The notes beneath the pieces are model-generated. The model was not told the origin of the DNA. It worked only from the letters and a program-made list of their open reading frames with translations, and did not search any database. The position numbers were made by a program, and so were the translations under genes. Positions 1 to 10,272 of a stretch of 64,000 nucleotides of DNA are shown piece after piece; the stretch's first letter is position 1, and the number at the start of each line of letters is the position of its first letter. The stretch lies in NCBI RefSeq assembly GCF_022846255.1, contig NZ_AP025682.1; one strand, written 5' to 3'. The stretch comes from Escherichia coli (GTDB lineage: Bacteria > Pseudomonadota > Gammaproteobacteria > Enterobacterales > Enterobacteriaceae).

Positions 1-597
1 GCTAAAGCCAATCATCAACAGGAAGCTTAAGCAGAGAATAACGATCGTCGGGTGACTGTTAACGAACTGGGTTAACGGCTTGCTGGCCATCAACATCAGG
101 CTGATAGCGATAACCACGGCGGCCATCATGACCAGTAAATGGTCGACCATCCCGACGGCGGTAATCACCGAGTCGAGTGAGAAGATGGCGTCCAGTACCA
201 CAATTTGTGTCACCACCCCCCAGAACTTCGCACCTTTGCGTTGGGTGGGGTTATTGCTGTCTTTCCCTTCCAGCCGTTCGTTCAGCTCCATCGTGGCTTT
301 GAACAACAGGAAGAAACCACCAAACAGCATGATTAAGTCGCGGGCGCTAAAGGTAAACGAGCGGAAGCTGAACAGTGGTTGAGTCAGGGTGACCAGCCAG
401 GAGATTGACGCCAGCAGTAACAGGCGCATTAACATCGCCAGCAGGAGCCCGGTAACCCGTGCGCGGTCGCGCTGCTTAGGCGGTAGTTTTTCGGCGAGGA
501 TGGCAATAAAGACCAGGTTATCAATGCCGAGGACCAGTTCGATCACAATCAGCGTGATTAATCCAGCCCAGATAGACGGATCGGCAATCCATTCCAT
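1..597 (-). CDS. yegH: TerC-family inner membrane protein, 5' portion only (gene runs off the window start)
   Basis: Minus-strand ATG at 597..595; translation [30 protein letters not shown]... is hydrophobic and TerC-like; no in-frame stop down to position 1; divergent from wza. Not in the ORF track because it has no stop in the window. Confidence 0.75.
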   Translation of the reverse strand, partial: MEWIADPSIWAGLITLIVIELVLGIDNLVFIAILAEKLPPKQRDRARVTGLLLAMLMRLLLLASISWLVTLTQPLFSFRSFTFSARDLIMLFGGFFLLFKATMELNERLEGKDSNNPTQRKGAKFWGVVTQIVVLDAIFSLDSVITAVGMVDHLLVMMAAVVIAISLMLMASKPLTQFVNSHPTIVILCLSFLLMIGFS

Positions 598-1039
598 AGT
601 AAGTACAAAACCTATTCGTTGTATGACAAATGTCACAATTCGATCATGGATAAATCGGGGCAAAAATGCAATGTTGCAGCACTATTTATCTCATATTATT
701 TGAGGGTTATAACTTCACATTATCCCCGAATTATAAGTGGTAATAATAAAGCGTTATTTAAGAAATATCGCATGTGGAGACGCCATATTAAATATTGTCA
801 ACCTAAAGAAACTCCTAAAAACCATATTGAATGACACTTAATATAATTCTTAAAAATAGCCAATTGCCGAATTGTTACCTTGCCTGCTATTCCGTTAGCT
901 GTAACACTTCCTCCTGCATTATTGGAGAGCCAATATTCAATTACCATAATGTCACCTTATATTCGGAAATTAATTTCCGCAATAACCCTTTCTCATCAAC
1001 GACTGTATGCAGAGAGGGTTTGAAAAATTAAACTAAATC

Positions 1040-1078
1040 AGTGTGTTGGTAGCTAAAAAGCCAGGGGCGGTAGCGTGT
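1040..1078 (+). promoter_or_regulatory. JUMPstart element with ops site (GGCGGTAGCGTG at 1066..1077) in the cps leader
   Basis: Exact ops 12-mer inside a 39-bp block nearly identical to the block upstream of rfbB at 25204..25243; about 180 bp upstream of the wza start. Confidence 0.8.
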
Positions 1079-1255
1079 CTGGATGCCTGAAAGACCAGTC
1101 TGAATTATTCTGTCAATAGCCTGCGGATGAAATCAATTTTTTTAGGACTGATGCCAGTTAAATTTTTATTCAATTAACTGCAAGGTAAATGTGCATGGCG
1201 ACATTGCTATTAATAGTGCACAGGATAATTACTCTGCCAAAGTGATAAATAAACA

Positions 1256-2395
1256 ATGATGAAATCCAAAATGAAATTGATGCCATTATTGGTGTCAGTA
1301 ACCTTGATAAGCGGTTGCACAGTACTTCCGGGCAGCAATATGTCGACGATGGGGAAAGACGTCATCAAACAGCAGGACGCTGATTTCGACCTCGACAAAA
1401 TGGTGAATGTTTATCCGTTAACCCCGCGCCTGATTGATCAATTACGCCCACGACCCAACGTAGCGCGCCCCAATATGACGCTGGAAAGTGAGATCGCGAA
1501 TTACCAGTATCGCGTCGGGCCGGGGGACGTTCTTAATGTCACCGTCTGGGATCACCCGGAACTCACCACGCCAGCCGGTCAGTACCGCAGCTCCAGCGAC
1601 ACCGGCAACTGGGTACAGCCTGACGGCACCATGTTCTACCCGTATATCGGCAAGGTTCACGTCGTGGGGAAAACGCTCGCTGAAATCCGCAGTGATATTA
1701 CCGGGCGCTTAGCGACGTACATCTCTGACCCGCAGGTGGACGTTAATATCGCCGCCTTCCGCTCGCAAAAAGCCTATATCTCCGGTCAGGTGAATAAATC
1801 CGGTCAACAGGCGATTACCAACGTGCCTCTGACCATTCTCGACGCTATCAACGCCGCAGGTGGCCTGACCGACACCGCTGACTGGCGCAACGTGGTGCTA
1901 ACACACAATGGTCGTGAAGAGCGCATTTCTTTGCAGGCGCTGATGCAAAACGGCGACCTCAATCAGAACCGACTGCTTTACCCCGGCGATATTCTTTACG
2001 TGCCACGTAATGATGATCTGAAAGTGTTTGTGATGGGTGAAGTGAAGAAACAGAGCACCCTGAAAATGGACTTTAGCGGCATGACCCTGACTGAAGCCCT
2101 GGGCAATGCTGAAGGCATCGACATGACCACCTCCAACGCCAGCGGCATCTTTGTCATTCGTCCGCTGAAAGGCGAGAGCGGGCGTAACGGCAAGATTGCC
2201 AATATCTACCAGCTGGATATGTCCGATGCGACGTCGCTGGTAATGGCGACAGAATTCCGCCTGCAACCTTATGACGTGGTGTATGTCACCACCGCCCCGG
2301 TATCCCGCTGGAACCGTCTGATCAATCAGTTGCTGCCAACTATTAGCGGTGTCCGTTACATGACGGATACAGCCAGCGACATTCATAACTGGTAA
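1256..2395 (+). CDS. wza: Outer-membrane polysaccharide export lipoprotein (colanic acid)
   Basis: 379-aa ORF; N-terminus [21 protein letters not shown] has a lipoprotein signal with lipobox Cys; first gene of the cps operon. Confidence 0.95.
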   Translation: MMKSKMKLMPLLVSVTLISGCTVLPGSNMSTMGKDVIKQQDADFDLDKMVNVYPLTPRLIDQLRPRPNVARPNMTLESEIANYQYRVGPGDVLNVTVWDHPELTTPAGQYRSSSDTGNWVQPDGTMFYPYIGKVHVVGKTLAEIRSDITGRLATYISDPQVDVNIAAFRSQKAYISGQVNKSGQQAITNVPLTILDAINAAGGLTDTADWRNVVLTHNGREERISLQALMQNGDLNQNRLLYPGDILYVPRNDDLKVFVMGEVKKQSTLKMDFSGMTLTEALGNAEGIDMTTSNASGIFVIRPLKGESGRNGKIANIYQLDMSDATSLVMATEFRLQPYDVVYVTTAPVSRWNRLINQLLPTISGVRYMTDTASDIHNW

Positions 2396-2400
2396 TCGTC

Positions 2401-2844
2401 ATGTTTAACAACATTTTAGTTGTCTGTGTCGGCAATATTTGCCGTTCCCCGACGGCGGAACGCTTACTGCAACGTTATCACCCGGAGCTGAAAGTGGAGT
2501 CCGCTGGACTCGGCGCGCTGGTCGGTAAGGGCGCTGACCCTACTGCTATCAGCGTCGCCGCAGAACATCAACTGTCTCTGGAAGGTCACTGTGCACGGCA
2601 AATCAGCCGTCGCCTGTGTCGCAACTACGACCTGATTTTGACCATGGAAAAGCGCCATATCGAACGCTTATGCGAGATGGCACCTGAGATGCGCGGCAAA
2701 GTGATGCTGTTTGGTCACTGGGATAACGAATGTGAAATCCCCGATCCGTATCGCAAAAGCCGGGAAACGTTTGCAGCGGTGTACACATTACTTGAACGGT
2801 CTGCCCGCCAGTGGGCGCAGGCATTGAACGCAGAGCAGGTATAA
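2401..2844 (+). CDS. wzb: Low-molecular-weight protein-tyrosine phosphatase
   Basis: 147 aa; CVGNICRSP P-loop motif near the N-terminus; starts 5 bp after wza. Confidence 0.95.
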   Translation: MFNNILVVCVGNICRSPTAERLLQRYHPELKVESAGLGALVGKGADPTAISVAAEHQLSLEGHCARQISRRLCRNYDLILTMEKRHIERLCEMAPEMRGKVMLFGHWDNECEIPDPYRKSRETFAAVYTLLERSARQWAQALNAEQV

Positions 2845-2846
2845 GA

Positions 2847-5009
2847 ATGACAGAAAAAGTAAAACAACATGCCGCTCCGGTAACGGGCAGTGATGAAATC
2901 GATATTGGTCGCCTGGTCGGCACCGTCATTGAAGCGCGCTGGTGGGTGATTGGCATCACCGCTGTATTTGCCCTCTGTTCCGTGGTTTACACTTTCTTCG
3001 CCACGCCGATTTATAGTGCCGACGCACTGGTACAAATCGAGCAAAACAGTGGCAATTCGTTAGTGCAGGACATTGGTTCGGCATTAGCCAACAAACCGCC
3101 AGCATCGGACGCCGAGATCCAGTTGATTCGTTCGCGTCTGGTGCTTGGTAAAACGGTGGACGATCTCGACCTCGATATTGCGGTGAGCAAAAACACGTTC
3201 CCGATTTTCGGTGCGGGCTGGGATCGCCTGATGGGACGTCAGAACGAGACGGTGAAAGTGACCACCTTTAACCGCCCGAAAGAGATGGCGGATCGGGTGT
3301 TTACGCTTAATGTGCTTGATGACAAAAACTACACCCTGAGCAGTGATGGCGGCTTTAGCGCCCGTGGGCAAGCGGGCCAGATGCTGAAAAAAGAAGGCGT
3401 CACGCTGATGGTTGAAGCTATTCACGCCAGCCCGGGGAGTGAGTTTACCGTCACCAAATACTCCACGCTGGGGATGATCAACCAACTGCAAAACAGCCTG
3501 ACGGTAACGGAGAACGGCAAAGACGCAGGCGTACTGAGCTTGACTTATACCGGTGAAGATCGCGAACAGATCCGCGACATTCTTAACAGCATCGCCCGTA
3601 ACTATCAGGAGCAAAATATTGAGCGCAAATCGGCGGAAGCGTCGAAAAGCCTCGCCTTCCTCGCGCAACAGTTGCCGGAAGTACGTAGCCGCCTTGATGT
3701 TGCCGAAAACAAACTGAATGCCTTCCGTCAGGATAAAGATTCTGTTGATCTGCCGCTGGAAGCAAAAGCGGTGCTCGATTCGATGGTGAACATCGACGCG
3801 CAGTTGAACGAACTGACCTTTAAAGAGGCGGAAATCTCCAAGCTGTACACCAAAGTTCATCCGGCGTACCGCACGCTGCTGGAGAAACGGCAGGCGCTGG
3901 AAGACGAAAAAGCCAAACTTAATGGTCGCGTAACGGCGATGCCGAAAACCCAGCAGGAAATTGTCCGTCTGACCCGCGATGTCGAGTCTGGGCAGCAGGT
4001 CTATATGCAACTGCTGAATAAAGAGCAGGAGCTGAAAATCACCGAAGCCAGCACCGTCGGCGATGTGCGCATTGTTGACCCGGCAATCACCCAGCCAGGT
4101 GTACTGAAACCGAAGAAAGGGCTGATTATCCTTGGGGCGATTATCCTTGGCCTGATGCTCTCTATCGTGGGTGTGCTGCTGCGCTCGTTGTTTAATCGCG
4201 GTATCGAAAGCCCGCAGGTGCTGGAAGAACACGGTATCAGCGTCTATGCCAGCATCCCGCTGTCGGAGTGGCAGAAAGCGCGCGATAGCGTCAAAACCAT
4301 CAAAGGGATTAAACGCTATAAACAGAGCCAGCTACTGGCGGTGGGGAATCCAACCGATCTGGCGATTGAAGCCATCCGTAGTCTGCGTACCAGTCTGCAC
4401 TTCGCGATGATGCAGGCACAGAACAATGTGTTGATGATGACCGGGGTTAGCCCGTCAATCGGTAAAACCTTTGTCTGCGCCAACCTGGCGGCGGTGATTA
4501 GCCAGACCAATAAACGGGTGTTGTTGATCGACTGCGATATGCGCAAAGGCTACACCCACGAGCTGTTGGGCACTAATAACGTTAATGGCCTGTCGGAAAT
4601 TCTGATTGGTCAGGGCGATATTACTACCGCTGCTAAACCGACCTCTATTGCCAAATTTGATCTGATCCCGCGCGGTCAGGTTCCGCCAAATCCTTCTGAA
4701 CTGTTGATGAGCGAACGTTTTGCCGAACTGGTGAACTGGGCGAGTAAAAACTACGACCTGGTGTTGATTGATACGCCGCCGATTCTGGCAGTGACCGATG
4801 CGGCAATTGTTGGTCGTCATGTCGGAACCACGTTGATGGTGGCGCGTTATGCAGTCAACACATTGAAAGAAGTGGAAACCAGTCTGAGCCGCTTTGAGCA
4901 AAACGGTATTCCGGTGAAAGGGGTGATTCTGAACTCCATCTTCCGCCGCGCCAGCGCATATCAGGATTATGGCTATTACGAATACGAATATAAGTCGGAC
5001 GCGAAATAA
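2847..5009 (+). CDS. wzc: Tyrosine autokinase / polysaccharide co-polymerase (PCP-2a)
   Basis: Start taken at the ATG at 2847 (MTEKVKQH...) rather than the longer track ORF that overlaps wzb; Walker A SPSIGKT; Tyr-rich C-terminus YQDYGYYEYEYKSDAK. Confidence 0.93.
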   Translation: MTEKVKQHAAPVTGSDEIDIGRLVGTVIEARWWVIGITAVFALCSVVYTFFATPIYSADALVQIEQNSGNSLVQDIGSALANKPPASDAEIQLIRSRLVLGKTVDDLDLDIAVSKNTFPIFGAGWDRLMGRQNETVKVTTFNRPKEMADRVFTLNVLDDKNYTLSSDGGFSARGQAGQMLKKEGVTLMVEAIHASPGSEFTVTKYSTLGMINQLQNSLTVTENGKDAGVLSLTYTGEDREQIRDILNSIARNYQEQNIERKSAEASKSLAFLAQQLPEVRSRLDVAENKLNAFRQDKDSVDLPLEAKAVLDSMVNIDAQLNELTFKEAEISKLYTKVHPAYRTLLEKRQALEDEKAKLNGRVTAMPKTQQEIVRLTRDVESGQQVYMQLLNKEQELKITEASTVGDVRIVDPAITQPGVLKPKKGLIILGAIILGLMLSIVGVLLRSLFNRGIESPQVLEEHGISVYASIPLSEWQKARDSVKTIKGIKRYKQSQLLAVGNPTDLAIEAIRSLRTSLHFAMMQAQNNVLMMTGVSPSIGKTFVCANLAAVISQTNKRVLLIDCDMRKGYTHELLGTNNVNGLSEILIGQGDITTAAKPTSIAKFDLIPRGQVPPNPSELLMSERFAELVNWASKNYDLVLIDTPPILAVTDAAIVGRHVGTTLMVARYAVNTLKEVETSLSRFEQNGIPVKGVILNSIFRRASAYQDYGYYEYEYKSDAK

Positions 5010-5011
5010 CG

Positions 5012-5086
5012 AGGCCGGTTGCCCGATACCTGCATTCGCACCGCCCCGTAGGCCGGATAAGGCGTTCACGCCGCATCCGGCAAGCA
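5012..5086. repeat. REP (repetitive extragenic palindrome) in the wzc-wcaA spacer
   Basis: gtaggccggataaggcgttcacgccgcatccggcaag palindromic motif typical of E. coli REP. Confidence 0.7.
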
Positions 5087-5115
5087 AACCAGCTCATAAG
5101 CCGGGAGAACAACCT

Positions 5116-5955
5116 ATGAAAGACAATCCGCTGATTTCAATCTATATGCCGACCTGGAACCGCCAACAACTGGCGATTCGGGCGATAAAATCGGTCCTGC
5201 GCCAGGACTACAGTAACTGGGAGATGATCATCGTGGATGATTGCTCCACCTCCTGGGAACAACTCCAACAGTACGTCACCGCCCTCAACGATCCGCGTAT
5301 CACTTACATTCACAACGACATTAACAGCGGAGCGTGCGCGGTACGTAACCAGGCGATTATGCTGGCGCAAGGGGAATACATCACCGGGATCGATGATGAT
5401 GATGAATGGACACCCAACCGCCTGAGCGTCTTCCTCGCCCATAAACAGCAACTGGTCACAAACGCCTTTTTGTACGCTAACGACTACGTTTGCCAGGGCG
5501 AAGTCTATTCCCAACCGGCAAGTTTGCCGCTGTATCCCAAATCGCCGTATTCACGCCGCCTGTTTTACAAACGCAATATCATTGGCAATCAGGTCTTTAC
5601 CTGGGCGTGGCGTTTCAAAGAGTGCTTGTTCGATACCGAACTGAAAGCGGCACAGGATTACGACATCTTCCTGCGGATGGTGGTGGAGTACGGCGAACCG
5701 TGGAAAGTAGAAGAGGCGACGCAGATCCTGCATATCAATCACGGCGAAATGCAGATCACCTCGTCACCGAAAAAATTCTCCGGATACTTCCACTTTTACC
5801 GCAAGCACAAAGACAAATTCGACCGCGCCAGCAAAAAATATCAGCTGTTTACCCTCTACCAGATCCGCAATAAACGCATGACCTGGCGCACTTTGCTGAC
5901 GCTGCTGTCGGTGCGTAACGGCAAACGTCTGGCTGATGGTATTCGGGGGCGCTAA
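5116..5955 (+). CDS. wcaA: Colanic acid glycosyltransferase (GT2)
   Basis: Start taken at the ATG at 5116 (MKDNPLISIYMPTWNRQ...); the track ORF's 5' extension covers the REP spacer; GT2 motifs IYMPTWN and DDDDE. Confidence 0.9.
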   Translation: MKDNPLISIYMPTWNRQQLAIRAIKSVLRQDYSNWEMIIVDDCSTSWEQLQQYVTALNDPRITYIHNDINSGACAVRNQAIMLAQGEYITGIDDDDEWTPNRLSVFLAHKQQLVTNAFLYANDYVCQGEVYSQPASLPLYPKSPYSRRLFYKRNIIGNQVFTWAWRFKECLFDTELKAAQDYDIFLRMVVEYGEPWKVEEATQILHINHGEMQITSSPKKFSGYFHFYRKHKDKFDRASKKYQLFTLYQIRNKRMTWRTLLTLLSVRNGKRLADGIRGR

Positions 5956-5957
5956 AG

Positions 5958-6446
5958 ATGCTGGAAGATCTGCGCGCCAACAGCTGGAGTTTACGCCCGT
6001 GCTGCATGGTTCTCGCCTATCGCGCTGCTCATTTTTGTTCGGTGTGGCGCAAAAAGAACGTCCTCAACAATCTTTGGGCGGCCCCGCTGCTGGTGCTGTA
6101 TCGCATTATCACCGAATGCTTTTTCGGTTATGAAATCCAGGCCGCCGCGACCATTGGCCGACGCTTTACTATCCATCACGGTTACGCCGTAGTGATCAAT
6201 AAAAACGTGGTAGCGGGGGATGATTTCACCATTCGTCACGGCGTCACTATCGGCAATCGTGGTGCCGATAACATGGCATGTCCACACATTGGCAACGGCG
6301 TCGAACTCGGTGCCAACGTCATTATTCTTGGTGATATCACGATTGGTAACAACGTCACCGTGGGCGCGGGCAGCGTGGTGCTCGACTCTGTCCCGGACAA
6401 CGCGCTGGTGGTGGGAGAAAAAGCGCGAGTGAAGGTAATTAAATGA
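5958..6446 (+). CDS. wcaB: Colanic acid acetyltransferase (hexapeptide-repeat)
   Basis: 162 aa; left-handed beta-helix repeats (IGNRGADN, GNGVELGANVIILGDITIGNNVTVGAGSVV). Confidence 0.9.
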   Translation: MLEDLRANSWSLRPCCMVLAYRAAHFCSVWRKKNVLNNLWAAPLLVLYRIITECFFGYEIQAAATIGRRFTIHHGYAVVINKNVVAGDDFTIRHGVTIGNRGADNMACPHIGNGVELGANVIILGDITIGNNVTVGAGSVVLDSVPDNALVVGEKARVKVIK

Positions 6447-7660
6447 ATATTCTGCAATTTAATGTGCGACTGGCGGAAGGCGGGGCAGCAGGTGTGGCGT
6501 TAGATCTCCACCAGCGCGCGCTGCAACAGGGGCTGGCGTCACATTTTGTCTACGGCTACGGCAAAGGCGGCAAAGAGAGCGTCAGCCATCAGAACTATCC
6601 GCAGGTCATCAAACATACGCCACGGATGACCGCGATGGCGAACATTGCGTTGTTTCGTCTGCTTAATCGCGATCTGTTCGGCAATTTCAATGAGTTATAT
6701 CGCACCATTACTCGCACACCGGGCCCGGTGGTTCTGCATTTTCATGTGCTGCACAGCTACTGGTTGAATCTTAAGAGCGTGGTGCGCTTTTGCGAAAAAG
6801 TGAAAAACCATAAACCGGATGTCACTCTGGTCTGGACGCTACACGACCATTGGAGCGTTACCGGACGCTGCGCCTTTACCGACGGTTGCGAAGGCTGGAA
6901 AACGGGCTGCCAGAAATGCCCGACCTTAAATAACTATCCACCGGTAAAGATTGATCGCGCGCACCAGCTGGTGGCGGGCAAACGGCAGTTATTTCGCGAG
7001 ATGCTGGCGCTGGGCTGTCAGTTTATTTCCCCCAGCCAGCATGTGGCTGATGCTTTCAATAGTCTGTACGGTCCAGGGCGTTGCCGGATTATCAATAATG
7101 GCATTGATATGGCAACCGAAGCGATTCTGGCGGACTTGCCTCCGGTGCGCGAAACTCAGGGCAAGCCGAAAATCGCGGTGGTAGCGCATGACCTGCGTTA
7201 CGACGGCAAGACTAACCAGCAACTGGTGCGTGAGATGATGGCGCTGGGCGACAAAATCGAACTACATACCTTCGGTAAGTTCTCGCCGTTCACCGCTGGC
7301 AACGTGGTTAATCACGGCTTTGAAACTGACAAGCGCAAGTTGATGAGCGCGCTCAATCAGATGGATGCGCTGGTATTCAGTTCTCGCGTCGATAACTACC
7401 CACTGATTTTGTGTGAGGCGCTATCGATTGGTGTGCCGGTGATTGCCACCCATAGCGATGCGGCGCGGGAAGTGCTGCAAAAATCCGGTGGTAAAACCGT
7501 CAGCGAAGAAGATGTGCTGCAACTGGTGCAGTTAAGCAAACCGGAAATCGCACAGGCGATATTTGGTACCACGCTGGCTGAGTTCAGCCAGCGCAGCCGC
7601 GCCGCCTACAGTGGACAACAGATGCTGGAGGAGTATGTCAACTTCTATCAGAATCTGTAG
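6443..7660 (+). CDS. wcaC: Colanic acid glycosyltransferase
   Basis: 405 aa; 4-bp overlap with wcaB; operon position. Confidence 0.9.
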   Translation: MNILQFNVRLAEGGAAGVALDLHQRALQQGLASHFVYGYGKGGKESVSHQNYPQVIKHTPRMTAMANIALFRLLNRDLFGNFNELYRTITRTPGPVVLHFHVLHSYWLNLKSVVRFCEKVKNHKPDVTLVWTLHDHWSVTGRCAFTDGCEGWKTGCQKCPTLNNYPPVKIDRAHQLVAGKRQLFREMLALGCQFISPSQHVADAFNSLYGPGRCRIINNGIDMATEAILADLPPVRETQGKPKIAVVAHDLRYDGKTNQQLVREMMALGDKIELHTFGKFSPFTAGNVVNHGFETDKRKLMSALNQMDALVFSSRVDNYPLILCEALSIGVPVIATHSDAAREVLQKSGGKTVSEEDVLQLVQLSKPEIAQAIFGTTLAEFSQRSRAAYSGQQMLEEYVNFYQNL

Positions 7661-8855
7661 CTACCTGCTGCTGCCGCTGATCTACCTGCTGGTTAACGTT
7701 AAAATCGCCCAGCTTGGCGAAAGTTTCCCCATCACCATCGTCACTTTTTTACCTGTCTTGTTACTGCTGTTTTTAGAGCGCATCAGCGTTAAAAAATTGA
7801 TGATTGCCTTAGGGATTGGCGCGGGGCTCACGGCGTTTAACTACCTGTTTGGTCAGTCGTTGGATGCCAGTAAATATGTCACTTCAACCATGCTGTTTGT
7901 CTATATTGTGATCATTATTGGCATGGTGTGGAGTATTCGCTTTAAAACGATTTCTCCACACAACCATCGCAAGATATTACGTTTCTTTTATCTGGTGGTC
8001 GGGCTGGTGGTGGTGCTGGCGGCGGTGGAGATGGCGCAAATTATCCTCACCGGCGGTAGCAGTATTATGGAGTCGATTTCGAAATATCTGATTTACAGCA
8101 ACAGCTATGTGCTGAATTTCATTAAATTTGGCGGCAAGCGCACGACAGCACTTTATTTCGAACCGGCATTTTTCGCTCTGGCATTAATCTCAATTTGGCT
8201 CAGCATCAAACAGTTTGGTATCAAAACGCCTAAAACCGATGCTATGATTCTCGCAGGGATAATATTATCCGGATCGTTTTCAGGGGTTATGACCTTTATC
8301 CTGTTTTATTTGCTGGAGTGGGCATTTCAATATCTGAATAAAGAGGCGATTAAGAAAAAGTTACCGTTAGCATTGATTTCTCTGGCTGTATTCCTGGTTG
8401 GTGTGGTAATCGCGTTCCCTTATATTTCCACCCGTCTGGGCGATTTAGGTACAGAAGGATCGTCATCGTATTATCGTATTGTCGGTCCGCTGGTGATGGT
8501 CGGTTATTCTTTAACCCATATTGACGGTGTAGTCAGATTTGGCTCACTTTATGAATATGTCGCATCATTCGGAATATTTAACGGTGCGGATGTCGGAAAA
8601 ACCATAGACAATGGTTTGTATCTGCTGATTATTTATTTTTCCTGGTTCGCGGTGCTTTTATCACTGTGGTACATGGGGAAAGTGATAAAAATGATGATCA
8701 ACGCTTTTGGTGATAACCGCAATTTTCGCGTGCAATTATATCTTTTTACTCCGGTATCGCTGTTTTTTACCGGTTCGATATTTAGCCCGGAATATGCATT
8801 TTTAATCGTCTGTCCGTTTATTTTGCGAAAAGCGTTAAATATACACCCTAAATAA
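7635..8855 (+). CDS. wcaD: Putative colanic acid polymerase (Wzy-like polytopic membrane protein)
   Basis: Start taken at the ATG at 7635 (MSTSIRICSYLLLPLIYLL...); multiple predicted transmembrane helices; overlaps the wcaC 3' end by 26 nt. Confidence 0.85.
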   Translation: MSTSIRICSYLLLPLIYLLVNVKIAQLGESFPITIVTFLPVLLLLFLERISVKKLMIALGIGAGLTAFNYLFGQSLDASKYVTSTMLFVYIVIIIGMVWSIRFKTISPHNHRKILRFFYLVVGLVVVLAAVEMAQIILTGGSSIMESISKYLIYSNSYVLNFIKFGGKRTTALYFEPAFFALALISIWLSIKQFGIKTPKTDAMILAGIILSGSFSGVMTFILFYLLEWAFQYLNKEAIKKKLPLALISLAVFLVGVVIAFPYISTRLGDLGTEGSSSYYRIVGPLVMVGYSLTHIDGVVRFGSLYEYVASFGIFNGADVGKTIDNGLYLLIIYFSWFAVLLSLWYMGKVIKMMINAFGDNRNFRVQLYLFTPVSLFFTGSIFSPEYAFLIVCPFILRKALNIHPK

Positions 8856-8890
8856 TTCGAGTTGCAGGAAGTGGGTGAGCGAGGAAAACC

Positions 8891-8922
<32 letters not shown>

Positions 8923-8935
8923 TACGAGGTAAAAC

Positions 8936-9682
8936 ATGTTGCTTAGCATAATCACTGTCGCGTTTCGTAACCTCGAAGGAATAGTCAAAACACACGCCTC
9001 GCTGGCGCATCTGGCGCAGGCGGACGATATCAGCTTCGAATGGATTGTTGTTGATGGCGGTTCCAACGACGGCACCCGTGAGTATCTGGAAAATCTCAAT
9101 GGTATCTATAACCTACGCTTTGTCAGCGAGCCAGATAACGGTATCTACGACGCCATGAACAAAGGTATTGAAATGGCGCAAGGCAAGTTCGCGCTGTTTC
9201 TCAATTCAGGCGATATTTTTCATCAGGATGCCGCAAATTTTGTCCGTAAGTTAAAAATGCAAAAAGATAACGTGATGATCACCGGCGATGCGCTGCTGGA
9301 TTTTGGCGACGGGCATAAAATTAAACGTAGCGCCAAACCGGGTTGGTATATTTATCACAGCCTGCCCGCCAGTCATCAGGCGATATTTTTCCCGGTATCC
9401 GGCTTGAAAAAATGGCGTTATGACCTGGAATATAAAGTTTCTTCCGATTACGCGCTGGCGGCCAAAATGTATAAAGCTGGTTATGCATTTAGAAAACTCA
9501 ATGGCCTGGTGTCTGAATTTTCTATGGGTGGGGTATCAACCACCAATAATATGGAATTGTGTGCTGACGCCAAAAAAGTCCAAAGGCAGATATTACATGT
9601 GCCTGGCTTCTGGGCTGAATTATCCTGGCATTTACGCCAACGTACTACCTCAAAGACGAAAGCCTTATATAACAAAAGCTGA
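8936..9682 (+). CDS. wcaE: Colanic acid glycosyltransferase (GT2)
   Basis: 248 aa; GT2-like N-terminus ([13 protein letters not shown]..., [10 protein letters not shown]). Confidence 0.9.
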   Translation: MLLSIITVAFRNLEGIVKTHASLAHLAQADDISFEWIVVDGGSNDGTREYLENLNGIYNLRFVSEPDNGIYDAMNKGIEMAQGKFALFLNSGDIFHQDAANFVRKLKMQKDNVMITGDALLDFGDGHKIKRSAKPGWYIYHSLPASHQAIFFPVSGLKKWRYDLEYKVSSDYALAAKMYKAGYAFRKLNGLVSEFSMGGVSTTNNMELCADAKKVQRQILHVPGFWAELSWHLRQRTTSKTKALYNKS

Positions 9683-9697
9683 ATATAAGGGAAAACG

Positions 9698-10246
9698 ATG
9701 CAAGATTTAAGCGGTTTCTCGGTACCGAAAGGGTTCCGGGGCAGCAATGCTATTAAAGTGCAATTGTGGTGGGCGGTACAGGCAACAATATTTGCCTGGT
9801 CGCCACAAGTATTGTATCGCTGGCGGGCTTTTTTATTACGTTTATTCGGCGCAAAAATAGGAAAAAACGTAGTTATTCGTCCGTCAGTAAAAATTACCTA
9901 TCCGTGGAAATTAACTTTAGGTGATTACGCGTGGGTCGGCGATGAGGTCAATTTATATACCCTAGGTGAAATAACCATTGGCGCACATTCGGTGATATCG
10001 CAAAAAAGTTATTTATGCACCGGGAGCCACGACCATGCAAGTCAACATTTCACCATTAACGCCACGCCTATTGTGATAGGCGAGAAATGCTGGCTGGCGA
10101 CAGATGTTTTTGTTGCCCCTGGCGTCACGATCGGCAACGGCACCGTCGTGGGTGCGCGAAGCAGTGTTTTTAAATCGCTTCCGGCAAATGTGGTTTGCCG
10201 GGGGAACCCCGCAGTGGTGATACGCAAACGCGTTGAAACTGAATAA
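9698..10246 (+). CDS. wcaF: Colanic acid acetyltransferase (hexapeptide-repeat)
   Basis: 182 aa; hexapeptide repeats; operon position. Confidence 0.9.
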   Translation: MQDLSGFSVPKGFRGSNAIKVQLWWAVQATIFAWSPQVLYRWRAFLLRLFGAKIGKNVVIRPSVKITYPWKLTLGDYAWVGDEVNLYTLGEITIGAHSVISQKSYLCTGSHDHASQHFTINATPIVIGEKCWLATDVFVAPGVTIGNGTVVGARSSVFKSLPANVVCRGNPAVVIRKRVETE

Positions 10247-10272
10247 ATTCAAAAAATACAGAGGAATAAGAC

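Noticed and set aside
80-703. Two plus-strand ORFs (80..382 and 389..703) at the window start
   Set aside because: They lie antisense to the yegH 5' region, whose minus-strand translation is a clear TerC-like membrane protein.
3084-4232. 382-aa minus-strand ORF inside wzc
   Set aside because: Antisense shadow ORF in a GC-rich coding region; the plus-strand frame encodes a recognisable Wzc with kinase motifs.
4969-5115. N-terminal extension of the wcaA track ORF (start at 4969)
   Set aside because: The extension overlaps the wzc 3' end and runs through a REP element; the ATG at 5116 gives the expected GT2 N-terminus.
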